A stretch of DNA of 64,000 nt from Bermanella sp. (GTDB lineage: Bacteria > Pseudomonadota > Gammaproteobacteria > Pseudomonadales > Oceanobacteraceae), in assembly GCA_034110565.1 (NCBI GenBank), contig JAWUYY010000033.1, positions 11,374-75,373 on the forward strand. Direction: 5' to 3'. Under the pieces are notes generated by a model. It ran no database searches, was not told where the DNA came from, and worked only from the letters and a program-made list of their open reading frames with translations. Below are positions 39,764 to 50,474 of this stretch, one piece after another. Both the position numbers and the translations under genes were made by a program. Numbering within the stretch: the stretch's first letter is position 1; each line of letters begins with the position of its first letter.

Positions 39764-40146
39764 TCATCCACACACTTATGCACAGTTTCTGTTAGTAAGT
39801 ATGGCAGTGGGATAAGTTTTTCTATCTGGTGTGTTTAAATCCCTCAAGTTGCTGATTTTATGAGCTTTTAGCGTAAAACTTGATGAAGTCTTTAACATTT
39901 TTATAGGCTATTAAAAAAGATAACCCGCTGTATATATACTGTATATCCACAAAGTTATACACATAATGCTATTTTTCGCACAACGTTATGAACTTACTTG
40001 AACGGGGCGGCTGAACGGATGTGCATAAAGCGCCACGTACTCTCCTTTTTTGTCCCTAGGGACCACGCATAACTCTCACAGATTTTGAATTTGGTGCTTT
40101 ATCTTGGTGATGGACATTTATTCCTATGAGCGTTATTTGTGCATAT
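39764..40146. promoter_or_regulatory. DnaA-box cluster with IHF site (DARS/datA-like)
   Basis: TCATCCACA 39764, TTATGCACA 39776, ATATCCACA 39943, TTATACACA 39955; reverse boxes at 39790, 40020 and 40138; IHF-like site 39845-39857. Confidence 0.7.
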
Positions 40147-40396
40147 TTGGCGTGAAATAGAGTTTTTCGCTTATTTTCTGATTGTTTTATCTCATCACGC
40201 CCTATTAGTTATGACAATTTAATGAAATTTCCTCCTGAATAATGGATATATGGCTAAAACGTTCTAAAAAGGGGCGCTATTTGACTAATAATAGGTTTAA
40301 TCATTGGTCTACAATGATATCTAGCTAGAGCATTGACTCTAATTAGGCGGTTTTAGCCTTATTCTAAAATCTGATGGCAGATAAAAATAACAATAA

Positions 40397-41353
<957 letters not shown>

Positions 41354-41370
41354 ATAATTTAAAGCAAATA

Positions 41371-41415
41371 CAAACATAAAAAAAGCGAAGCCTAGCTTCG
41401 CTTTTTTTATGTTTG
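41371..41415 (+). terminator. Terminator between lipase and foldase genes
   Basis: CAAACATAAAAAAAGCGAAGC-CTA-GCTTCGCTTTTTTTATGTTTG. Confidence 0.85.
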
Positions 41416-41484
41416 TCAGTAAGTGATTGTTTTCATAATGTGTTAATGTGTAGGTAATATTGAAAATAATAAAAAGTAATTAAT

Positions 41485-42519
41485 ATGTTTAAGTTTCTCG
41501 CTATTGCCATCGTTTTTAGTCTACTTGTACTCGTCGTTTGGTTAAAACCTTCAGCTACACTGACTGAACCCGTCTTACCATCTTCAATACCTTACAACGG
41601 TCAAACTCGTTCGATTGATGCTCAAGGTAGTGCCTACGAATTTAATAATGTTTTGCCGGAACGCTTACAAACCAGTTCTTTAAAAGGCACATCCATTGAC
41701 GGGCTATACCCAGTGGATGAAAACGGTAATCTATTACTCAGTGGTTCTATTAAGCATCGCTTTGAATACTTTTTATCCACCATGGGGGAGTTTTCCCTTG
41801 AAGAGGTTCAAGCCATGATTCGTGATGATATTGAACTTAACTTACAAGAACCTGCTCGATCGCAAGCACTGCAATTATTCGAAGATTATGTGGGTTATAA
41901 GTATGCGCTATCCGATCTAGAGCAGTCATTAGAGGCACCTCAAGATTACGAAATGAATGATATACAACGCATGCGATTACAGTTACAGCAGTTACGCGAT
42001 AAGCGACATGAATACTTTAATCAAGAGACGGTAGATGCTTTTTTTGGTTTTGATGAAGTATATGATGACTTCATGCTGAATCGGTTAGAGATTCAAGCGA
42101 ATACACAGTTAACCTCAGAAGAAAAAGCAGCTCAAATCAAATCACTAGAGCAGGGCCTGCCTGAAGACGTCCGTAATATGCGTAATGAAACGCAACGGGT
42201 AAGTCAGGTTTTTCAGTTGACCAATGACATGCGTGATGAAGGGGCAACAGAAAGTGAAATATTTGAGCGTAACAGCCAAGAGTTTGGTCAAGAAGCGGCA
42301 GAGCGTTTGCAGCAGCTGGACAATGATCGCAGAGTCTTTCAACAACAAGCCGATGACTTTATGGCAAAAAAGAAAGTAATCTTAGCCGATGATTCGTTAA
42401 CCAACACTGAAAAACAACAACAAATAAATGCGGCGCTAGAATCTTTTGATGACAATGAACGCCGACGTTTAAATGCACTTGAGTTAATGGCAAAAGAAGC
42501 CGAATCCCTTGATGATTAA
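41485..42519 (+). CDS. Lipase-specific foldase (Lif)
   Basis: N-terminal anchor; SL.GT.IDG, D..GNL, RFEYFLS..GE and G.EAA.RL..LD motifs. Confidence 0.9.
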   Translation: MFKFLAIAIVFSLLVLVVWLKPSATLTEPVLPSSIPYNGQTRSIDAQGSAYEFNNVLPERLQTSSLKGTSIDGLYPVDENGNLLLSGSIKHRFEYFLSTMGEFSLEEVQAMIRDDIELNLQEPARSQALQLFEDYVGYKYALSDLEQSLEAPQDYEMNDIQRMRLQLQQLRDKRHEYFNQETVDAFFGFDEVYDDFMLNRLEIQANTQLTSEEKAAQIKSLEQGLPEDVRNMRNETQRVSQVFQLTNDMRDEGATESEIFERNSQEFGQEAAERLQQLDNDRRVFQQQADDFMAKKKVILADDSLTNTEKQQQINAALESFDDNERRRLNALELMAKEAESLDD

Positions 42520-43328
42520 AGCTGGGCGTCTTGCAATATACGCTTTAATGGATCATAAATAGCCGGTGTTGCCACCAGTAAATGTTCACTGTGCAGTTCA
42601 TGGTTAAGAGGTTGCTGGGGCTCAATAAAATAACCACAGCGAGCGCCTGCTTCTTTTGCAATGAGCCAGCCTGCCGCGCAATCCCAAGGGCTAACCGTTT
42701 CGTAGTAGGCGTCTAATCGACCCATTGCCACCCAGCAAATATCCAAGGCAGCACTGCCCAAACGGCGTACATCTGCGCAATTCGCCAGTACTTTATGCAA
42801 GCGCGACATGAGTTGATCAAGTTGGTTTGTTTTATCGTAGGGGAAGCCAGTGGCAATAATGGCGCGGTTTAATTCTGTGGTCGCACTGCAGCGAATGGGT
42901 TGATCGTTTAACCACGCGCCTTTTTTGCGAATAGCACTGAACATTTCAGATAAAAATGGGTTGTACACAACGGCCACTTGAATTTTACCCTTTACGACAT
43001 ATGCAATGCTGATGGCGACTTGATGATGGTGGTGAGCGTAGTTCACGGTGCCATCAATGGGGTCTATTACCCATAATGGGGTGTCGGCATGCTCAATAGA
43101 ATTTAAATCTGGATTGGATTCTTCAGCCAATATTTGATGGCTAGGAAAACGTTGACGAATGGCATCAGTAATCAGCTTGTCAGATGCTATATCACTGTTA
43201 GTGACCAGTTCAATGCCATTTTTGTAATTATGGTTAAGCTGAGAGCTTGCACGCATTTCGGTGATCAGAGTGCCAGCTTGCATGGCGATATCGGTAGTAA
43301 ATTTTAGTATGGTTTCTAGGTCAGCCAT
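42516..43328 (-). CDS. Inositol monophosphatase family protein
   Basis: AEE, WVIDPIDGT.NY, RRLGSAALD.CWVA.GR.D and WD.AAG motifs. Confidence 0.93.
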   Translation of the reverse strand: MADLETILKFTTDIAMQAGTLITEMRASSQLNHNYKNGIELVTNSDIASDKLITDAIRQRFPSHQILAEESNPDLNSIEHADTPLWVIDPIDGTVNYAHHHHQVAISIAYVVKGKIQVAVVYNPFLSEMFSAIRKKGAWLNDQPIRCSATTELNRAIIATGFPYDKTNQLDQLMSRLHKVLANCADVRRLGSAALDICWVAMGRLDAYYETVSPWDCAAGWLIAKEAGARCGYFIEPQQPLNHELHSEHLLVATPAIYDPLKRILQDAQL

Positions 43329-43397
43329 GGCAAGCCTTATTTAGATGAATTTGATGTTGTCATCTAGGTTAGCTGTGTTAGATGAACGTTTAGTGAA

Positions 43398-45707
43398 TTA
43401 TTTTACGCGTTTTCTTTGCTCAAAGTACAGCGAAGAGAAAGTAGCGCTGTCTAGTGGCTTGCTGAAAAAATATCCTTGATAACGCTCACAGGATAAATCT
43501 TTTAGTAAATTTAGCTGAGATTGGTTTTCAATGCCTTCTGCTAACACCACAAGGTTAAGACTTTTCGACATAGCAATAATGGCTTTGACTAGGTTTACAT
43601 CATCATTGTTTGTTTCAATGTTCATGACAAATGCCCGATCAATTTTTAGCTTATTGATAGGTAGGTAACGCAAATAACTTAAACTTGAATAGCCAGTGCC
43701 AAAGTCATCAATAGCAAATCCGACACCTGACTCTCTAATTTGATTTAGTAAAGGAAGTATAAATTCTATATTTTCCATTAATAGGCTTTCTGTGATTTCA
43801 AGTTCAAGTGATTTACCTTGAATTTGGTGCCTTTTTAATAATGTATTGATCTTATCTGGAAACTCTTTAGTTACCTGCAGGGCTGACACATTTACCGACA
43901 TGATGAACGCTGGGTCGTGTACTAACCAAGCCTTGAGCTGTAAAATACTTTGCTCCAGTATCCAGTCTCCTAATGTATGTATGAAGCCTGTCTCTTCTGC
44001 AATAGGGATAAAATCAGCAGGTGAAATGGTGCCCAATTCAGGGTGGAGCCAGCGTATTAAAGCCTCGCTTCCTAGAATTTTATTGGTGTGCATATCTACT
44101 TGTGGTTGAAAGTACAATTCAAATTGTTGGGCATTAAATGCGGGAATAAAGCTGTGTTCAATATTGATTCGATGTTGAACCATATCACCCATTTCTTGGG
44201 TGAAAAACTGATAGTTATCACCGCCTCTGTTTTTAACTTGATACATGGCTGTATCAGCATAGCGCCAAAGAACATGACTATGCTCGCTATGATCTGGGCA
44301 TAAACTAATTCCGATAGAGCAACTTGTTCTTAGTTCATAAGTGTCCACACGAAACACTTGGCGTATATGACGATTTATATCACTGGCGAGCGCTTCAATT
44401 TCATGGGTGTTTTTAATATCTCGCATGAGTATGACAAATTCATCGCCGCCCATGCGCGCTAGAAAGTGCTGTTCTGGCAGAATACGCTGTAACCGTTCGG
44501 CCACTTTTTGCAATAAACGATCACCTAGTTGATGACCAAGTGAGTCATTAATATTTTTAAAGCGATCAAGGTCTATGAAGAGCATTGCAAAGCGTTCGTC
44601 TGTCATTTTGGCATGGCTAACGGCTTGTACCAGTTCATCGTTAAACTTAAACCGATTGTAAAGCTCGGTTAGTGGATCTTGCACACCTAGATATTCGATC
44701 TGCTGACGTACGAGCTCACGCTCGGTTATGTCGAGCATTACGCCTTCTATAAAGAATTCTTCGTTAGGTGCTTGAAAGCAACGTCCACGATCAAGAATCC
44801 ATTTGTGCTCACCACTGGCGGTTTTAACACGGTAAACCATTTCGAATGGTTTAAGGGAAAAGTGAGCGGCTTTGTTTTTTTGTGTGAAGTCGTCTTTGTC
44901 ATTGTCATCGATTAAATCGAATGGTGTCGTACCATTTTTTATAAAATAATCAGGCGAATAACCTAATAACTGTAAGCTTCCGGAGCTGATGAAATTCAAA
45001 GAGTGATCTTTCAGATTTAAGCGATACAAAACCCCAGGCAGATTACTGACTAATCGCTTAAAGTCACTGTCTTGCTGCACGAAGTTTTCTTTAAGTAATA
45101 AATAATTTTTTTTCGAATAGTTTTTTTGACGACGACTTGACAGTAAAAAGACAACCAGCAATAGGAGACTAAATAGAACGGCAGAAATGAAGTGACGTTG
45201 TTCGTTTAGCCAATAATGGAGTATGTCTTGATTATGCATGCTGGCAATTAATAGTGACGTATCATCATAGCGATAGGCGCAGGCTTGGACACTGTCAGCT
45301 TGTAAAGCATTCAACTGACTTGTACATGACTGACCAACAGAGAAGCGATTGTTAAATTGACTAATAACCGGCCCGTATGAAAGTTGATTAAGATTGCTTA
45401 AGCTTGAGGCCAGTACTTTTCCAGATGAACTGAGAACTGAAAAGTGTACGGTGGGAGTAAAGTTATTGGCTAATTGGCTTAGGTAAGCACTCTTTATTAC
45501 TTGGTTTTTATTGGACAATTCAGGCCATCGACGTTCAAATTGAATATATGCCGTTTCACTGTTGAAGCTTAGACGATCAAACACATCTTGTTTTTCGACG
45601 AAGTATGAGCGGATCAATAGGCTGCTTATGATGACTAACCAAGCACCGAGCAATAGGACGTATAAGCGCTGTCGCAAGCGCGCTGGTAGTTTCGCAGAAA
45701 GCACCAT
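43398..45707 (-). CDS. Membrane PAS-GGDEF-EAL c-di-GMP protein
   Basis: Two TM segments, PAS/PAC, RMGGDEF, EAL and DDFGTGYSS motifs. Confidence 0.93.
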   Translation of the reverse strand: MVLSAKLPARLRQRLYVLLLGAWLVIISSLLIRSYFVEKQDVFDRLSFNSETAYIQFERRWPELSNKNQVIKSAYLSQLANNFTPTVHFSVLSSSGKVLASSLSNLNQLSYGPVISQFNNRFSVGQSCTSQLNALQADSVQACAYRYDDTSLLIASMHNQDILHYWLNEQRHFISAVLFSLLLLVVFLLSSRRQKNYSKKNYLLLKENFVQQDSDFKRLVSNLPGVLYRLNLKDHSLNFISSGSLQLLGYSPDYFIKNGTTPFDLIDDNDKDDFTQKNKAAHFSLKPFEMVYRVKTASGEHKWILDRGRCFQAPNEEFFIEGVMLDITERELVRQQIEYLGVQDPLTELYNRFKFNDELVQAVSHAKMTDERFAMLFIDLDRFKNINDSLGHQLGDRLLQKVAERLQRILPEQHFLARMGGDEFVILMRDIKNTHEIEALASDINRHIRQVFRVDTYELRTSCSIGISLCPDHSEHSHVLWRYADTAMYQVKNRGGDNYQFFTQEMGDMVQHRINIEHSFIPAFNAQQFELYFQPQVDMHTNKILGSEALIRWLHPELGTISPADFIPIAEETGFIHTLGDWILEQSILQLKAWLVHDPAFIMSVNVSALQVTKEFPDKINTLLKRHQIQGKSLELEITESLLMENIEFILPLLNQIRESGVGFAIDDFGTGYSSLSYLRYLPINKLKIDRAFVMNIETNNDDVNLVKAIIAMSKSLNLVVLAEGIENQSQLNLLKDLSCERYQGYFFSKPLDSATFSSLYFEQRKRVK

Positions 45708-45789
45708 AGTGTCCTAGAGTCAGATGATTCTATCAGTATAGACACTAGGCATAGTTGAGCTAGTCCTCGTCCATATATGCGACTTTTGT

Positions 45790-46452
45790 CTAGTGACCTA
45801 AAGGGGTTATTCCACTATAAAGATTCACATAGCGAAACTCATCTAGCTCATCAAGATCGGGCACAGTAAATGATTCCTGCTTACTAATATGGGTATAGTG
45901 GGGATGCTTAAAATCTTTTATGCGTGAATCGGCTAGCAGTACTGCAGGGGCGTAATTAAAAAAGGTATCTAAGAAACTTAGGTTTGCTCTGTCATAGAGG
46001 ACATCGGCCGCAATCAGTAGATCGATGTCTGGGTCGTCTATAGCAAACAAGTCGTTACTTATGATGAGTTTAACTTGGTTAAGTTTTGCGTTTTCAATGC
46101 AACTGACAAGGGCGTCTGGGTCGATATCACAGGCGATGACTTCTCTTGCACCGGCTTTCATTGCGGCGATAGCCACTACGCCAGAACCTGCGCCAAAATC
46201 CAAAACTTTTTTACCTTTAACCTGCTCAGGGTGCTGCAGAATATGGCGCGCCAAAACTTGTCCACTGGCCCAGCAAAATGCCCAGTAAGCCGTGTGCTCC
46301 CAGATACTGCGAATCTCATCCATTGTGAATGCACGATTCATGGTGACAGGATCAACTAAATATAAAGAGATATCAGGACATTGTGGCAATGCCTGTGAGC
46401 TAACTTCGGCATCTGCCAGCATGGTTTTAATTAGTGTGTTTAATCTGTTCAT
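45790..46452 (-). CDS. Class I SAM-dependent (lysine) methyltransferase
   Basis: YWAFCWASG, VLDFGAGSG and AADVLYD motifs. Confidence 0.88.
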   Translation of the reverse strand: MNRLNTLIKTMLADAEVSSQALPQCPDISLYLVDPVTMNRAFTMDEIRSIWEHTAYWAFCWASGQVLARHILQHPEQVKGKKVLDFGAGSGVVAIAAMKAGAREVIACDIDPDALVSCIENAKLNQVKLIISNDLFAIDDPDIDLLIAADVLYDRANLSFLDTFFNYAPAVLLADSRIKDFKHPHYTHISKQESFTVPDLDELDEFRYVNLYSGITPLGH

Positions 46453-46489
46453 TCTACATTCAACTTAATATAAATAACCAAGCATTAAT

Positions 46490-48901
46490 TTATGCAAAAA
46501 TATCCTGCTGAGGATTAATTAGATCGTCGAATCGCTCCCCTAAAAAATACAGAATACTATCGACCACAGGGGCAATTTGTTTTTCAAGATAATGTTCATA
46601 GTTAATGGTAAACGGCGCTTGATCTAAACATTCAATAGCCACTGGCCCTTGTTGCGTAATGATGTATTCAATCCAGCCGCCATTTTCATATGGACTATTT
46701 TGATTCGCTTGAGAATACAGTTCACTGGCTAATTTAGCCGCTTGAATTTGGGGCGGAATATTCTTTACATATGTATTTAGAGGCTTACGAATACGCTTTT
46801 TGTAAACCAGCTGTTGATCTCGCTTGCCGGATGTTAGCTCAAGGACAATCGACTGCAAATAATCTTTATAGGGTTGGTCATGGAATATATGAGAATACAA
46901 TTGAGTTTGTACTTCTTTTGCAAGGCTGGTCCAATCACTGCGCACGGCTTCTAGGCCTTTAAAAATAAGCTGATCGTGTTGAGTTAATCCTGCATAACGT
47001 TTTTTACTACCAAGCTCACTTCCGCGAATGGTGGGCATTAGAAATTTTTGGTAATGGCTTTCAAATTCGATTTCTAATTGGCTTTCAATGTTGTGTTCAC
47101 TTTTAAGTTGTTCTTGCCAATACTGATTTAAACCGTTTTGTAATGTTCGGCCAATGGTTTGTGATTCTTCGAAAGTCAGTGATTCGTTACAGGCTTTCTT
47201 TCCTGTATGCAGGCTGACAAATACACTATCGGTATCGCCATAAATCACTTGATAACCTTGTTTTTCAATCCATTTTCCACTGCGCTGAATGATCTCATGG
47301 CCGCGTTCAGTAATGGAGCTTGCTAAACGTGCATCAAAAAAACGGCAGCCAGTACTGCCTAGAATGCCATAAAAACTATTCATGATGATTTTGATGGCTT
47401 GACTCGTAGCAGCATTTTTTTGCTTTTTTGCTTCGTCTCGTTCAGCCCAAAGCTGGGTGATGATATCGGGTAAGAAATGCCGATCACGATGAAAGTAAGC
47501 ATCATGAAAGCCTTTTATAACGCTTTCTTGCTCGCCTGATTCGTGTGCATTTAAGCCTTCAATTAATCCCATAGGATCAATTTTAAAGGTGCGAATAATA
47601 CTTGGATATAGGCTTTTAAAATCTAGTACGAGTACGTCTTGGTAAAGACCGGGTTTGCTTTCCATGACAAAGCCGCCAGGGGCTTTGAATTCTCCAAAGC
47701 CTTCACCAATATTGGGTGCAATAAAACCCGCGCGGTGCAATTTAGGTAAGTATAAGTATTCAAATGCGGCCACAGAGCCGCCTACGCGATCGAGTAAGTG
47801 CCCTGTCAGAAAGCTGCGCTGAATGAGGTATTGTAAAATCTGAGTGTGCTCAAAGATATCCAATACCAATTGGCAGTCATTGGCGTTGTATTTTGCTAGC
47901 GCGACTTTGTCTTGTTCAAATAGGTCAGTAATGGCTTTGCCTCGATCACTCATGCTGCCTTTATGACCGTCTAGCTTTTTCCCTGTGCCCAATAGGGTTT
48001 GTGAAACATGCTCAAGAGAAAAACTTTCAAAGGTGTAGGTGGCATTACGCAGCGCATCAATGCCGTCAACAATGACGCGCCCAGGAATATCCACAAAATT
48101 TAGATTGTTTTGCCCTTGGCGGATGTTGACTTGCGAGCCATCGCGACACCAATTAAAAGGAATGCCGTGTTCTCGGTATACTCGGTGCAATACGCTGAAG
48201 TCAAAGTTAATAACATTCCAGCCAATGATAACGTCAGGGTCTAATGTTTGAATGTAGGTGTTAGCGGCTTGTAATAATTCTCGGACATTTTTAAACAACA
48301 CTAACCAGCCCGGTGTCACATCTTGTTTATGGCCAAGCATATACACTCGTTTTTCACTGTGTGTTTGGCCATTCTGATCTTGCCATTGGCTAACAAAGCC
48401 AATACTGAAGAGTTTTTCTTTTTGTTCTTTGGTGGGCATGGACGTTTCGATATCGACGCTTACCACTTTTAAACGAGGTTGGTATGTACTGGATTGTATT
48501 TGCGGTTTGATCCAAGTGTTATGTTCACTAGGTTGCCCATTAAATTCTAAGCTGCCTTTAATAAAGCGTTCCATTAAAAAACGATGGGGTGGGCGAATAT
48601 CGGATTCCCATAGCGTTATTTTGTGCTGTTCGCAGTACTGGCGTAAGGAAACCTGCATTTGATGGCTTTGGCAATAAATAGCACTAACAGGCTCGCCGCT
48701 GAAATGCTTAAGCGGTAAGGCTTCAACACGTATGCCATCAAGCTTGGGTAGGTCTTCACTTTGTTGTTGCGCGCAGAAGCTCACACCCTCTTGGTAAGGG
48801 AAGTGTAAACACTGTGGACCAGCATCAGTACTTAACCAAAAGCTAAGCTGTAACTGTCCTTGTATGTCTTTCCAGTGTTGTGACAGGATGAATCCGTGCA
48901 C
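46490..48901 (-). CDS. polB: DNA polymerase II (family B)
   Basis: SVDIET exonuclease motif; DFKSLYPSII, KIIMNSFYG, YGDTDS and KKRYAG motifs; probable GTG start (track start 48946). Confidence 0.95.
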   Translation of the reverse strand: MHGFILSQHWKDIQGQLQLSFWLSTDAGPQCLHFPYQEGVSFCAQQQSEDLPKLDGIRVEALPLKHFSGEPVSAIYCQSHQMQVSLRQYCEQHKITLWESDIRPPHRFLMERFIKGSLEFNGQPSEHNTWIKPQIQSSTYQPRLKVVSVDIETSMPTKEQKEKLFSIGFVSQWQDQNGQTHSEKRVYMLGHKQDVTPGWLVLFKNVRELLQAANTYIQTLDPDVIIGWNVINFDFSVLHRVYREHGIPFNWCRDGSQVNIRQGQNNLNFVDIPGRVIVDGIDALRNATYTFESFSLEHVSQTLLGTGKKLDGHKGSMSDRGKAITDLFEQDKVALAKYNANDCQLVLDIFEHTQILQYLIQRSFLTGHLLDRVGGSVAAFEYLYLPKLHRAGFIAPNIGEGFGEFKAPGGFVMESKPGLYQDVLVLDFKSLYPSIIRTFKIDPMGLIEGLNAHESGEQESVIKGFHDAYFHRDRHFLPDIITQLWAERDEAKKQKNAATSQAIKIIMNSFYGILGSTGCRFFDARLASSITERGHEIIQRSGKWIEKQGYQVIYGDTDSVFVSLHTGKKACNESLTFEESQTIGRTLQNGLNQYWQEQLKSEHNIESQLEIEFESHYQKFLMPTIRGSELGSKKRYAGLTQHDQLIFKGLEAVRSDWTSLAKEVQTQLYSHIFHDQPYKDYLQSIVLELTSGKRDQQLVYKKRIRKPLNTYVKNIPPQIQAAKLASELYSQANQNSPYENGGWIEYIITQQGPVAIECLDQAPFTINYEHYLEKQIAPVVDSILYFLGERFDDLINPQQDIFA

Positions 48902-48958
48902 GTTTGACCTTATTTGGTTTTGGGCTTCAATTAGTATAAGACTCAAAAGGAGTGAAGT

Positions 48959-49300
48959 ATGAAACCTAGGATTTCCCCTGATCCCATGTACCAGCTACTA
49001 AGGGATGAAAAAGTCGATGAGTTTAACAAGCTTAAGGCACAAGGAAAGAGCTGTGATCTCTCTGGTTGTGATTTTCGGGGGCTAGACCTGCGAAACCTTG
49101 ATGTTAAGGGCTTAGACCTGAGTAATGCTTACTTTCGTGGCAGTGATTTACGCTCATTGGACTTTCGTGGCTCAAAGCTTAACGGGGCGAGTTTGGCAGA
49201 TGCTAAAATCAGCGGTTGCTTTTTCCCTGCCGATATTTCTGCCCAAGAGATTCTTATGTCTTTCGAGCAAGGTACTCGCCTGCGTCAGCCTTCTTTATGA
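48959..49300 (+). CDS. Pentapeptide repeat protein
   Basis: DLSGC DFRGL DLRNL ... repeats; AGGAG RBS. Confidence 0.9.
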   Translation: MKPRISPDPMYQLLRDEKVDEFNKLKAQGKSCDLSGCDFRGLDLRNLDVKGLDLSNAYFRGSDLRSLDFRGSKLNGASLADAKISGCFFPADISAQEILMSFEQGTRLRQPSL

Positions 49301-49395
49301 AACACAGTGTAAATCTGTGAATTGTGACTATTTTTTGCCCATTGACTGGGAAAAAGAATAGTTTTTATGGTAGAAATACGCCCCCTGATTAATTA

Positions 49396-50205
49396 ATGGC
49401 CAGTATCATGTTGTTTCTTGGCAAAGCCCCTGAACCTACCCATGAATTGCTTGAACGCTTAGATTTACTCACAGAGCGTTTATTGCAAGACTTGGATGCA
49501 CCAAGTCAGCTAAAAACCTACCCCAATGGAACTCAGCTATTTGATTGCTTAGGCAGTGAGCAGCTAGGTATCCTACGCAGTGGTCTTGTTACAGTGGTCA
49601 ATGGTGGCGTTGATGCTGCGTGCTTGCAACCAGGTGACATCATCGGCTTAAGCCGAGTATTTGGTTTGCCCCATGCGCAGCTTAGAGTCGAAGATGACGC
49701 GGAAATCGAATTGATTCAGCGAGATGATTTCATGGCCTATGTACAGGCTGAACCTCAACGCCAGCATCGTTTTAGTAATTACTTACTTACAAAGTTGACC
49801 ATGTATCAGGGGCTTCTTTCTTTCTATCACAGTGAAACTCAAGTTCAAGCGCCAACCGGTTTCCAACATATTGAGTCCGGTATTGTGATGATCAAAGAAG
49901 GGGATTTAGCCGACACGGTTTATCAACTTATGTCTGGCAGTGCGGATGTAACCGTCAACGGCGTGACAGTAGGTGAGGTGCTTTCTGGTGAAATATTCGG
50001 TGTTATGGCCGCGTTTACAGGTGAGCAGCGTAATGCCACCGTGATTGCTAGAGAAGATTGCCAACTGCTGGCCATACCTAAAGCACAGTTCGTGAATTTA
50101 ATTAAAGCGCAGCCAGAAATTGCCATTACCTTGCTTGATAATATGTCCCGTCGGATTAAATCGCTAAATGAACAAGTGTCTGGGTCTCAGCGTGAAATCG
50201 CTTAA
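49396..50205 (+). CDS. Tandem cyclic-nucleotide-binding domain protein
   Basis: PGDIIG and GEIFG.MA....RNATV motifs; no HTH. Confidence 0.85.
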   Translation: MASIMLFLGKAPEPTHELLERLDLLTERLLQDLDAPSQLKTYPNGTQLFDCLGSEQLGILRSGLVTVVNGGVDAACLQPGDIIGLSRVFGLPHAQLRVEDDAEIELIQRDDFMAYVQAEPQRQHRFSNYLLTKLTMYQGLLSFYHSETQVQAPTGFQHIESGIVMIKEGDLADTVYQLMSGSADVTVNGVTVGEVLSGEIFGVMAAFTGEQRNATVIAREDCQLLAIPKAQFVNLIKAQPEIAITLLDNMSRRIKSLNEQVSGSQREIA

Positions 50206-50233
50206 GTAGACAATATTTGCCTTTTTTGAATTT

Positions 50234-50281
50234 AATTGAGAATAATTCTTGATAAGCTAAATGATAATGACTATTATTACG
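50234..50281 (+). promoter_or_regulatory. Fur boxes overlapping a sigma70 promoter
   Basis: TGAGAAT-A-ATTCTTG and GATAATGACTATTATTACG (14/19 to the Fur consensus); TTGATA-N17-TATTAT. Confidence 0.85.
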
Positions 50282-50283
50282 TT

Positions 50284-50414
50284 GTTGTCATGACAAGCCC
50301 AGTATCTTTGCTCAAAGGGTACTAAGCAGCAAGTTAATCATGGCACACTCTCTCATCAAGCTAATCACATTGTCGATTTGACAAGGCCGCTCATTACACC
50401 GAGCGGTTTTTTTT
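50284..50414 (+). ncRNA. prrF: PrrF-like iron-regulated sRNA
   Basis: Fur-boxed promoter; core CTCATCAAGCTAATCAC (50352-50368) resembling the PrrF seed; terminator GCCGCTC..GAGCGGT followed by a T run. Confidence 0.78.
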
Positions 50415-50474
50415 CGTCTGCTGTTTGTGCTACCCATAGGTATTTCTATTTACAGCTTTTGTATAAGGGATGAT

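Noticed and set aside
39928-39954. LexA box (CTGTATATATACTG / CTGTATATCCACAAAG)
   Set aside because: Does not fit CTGT-N8-ACAG cleanly, there is no SOS gene nearby, and it overlaps DnaA boxes.
48959-49300. Qnr quinolone-resistance gene
   Set aside because: Only 113 aa with few repeats; Qnr proteins are about twice as long.
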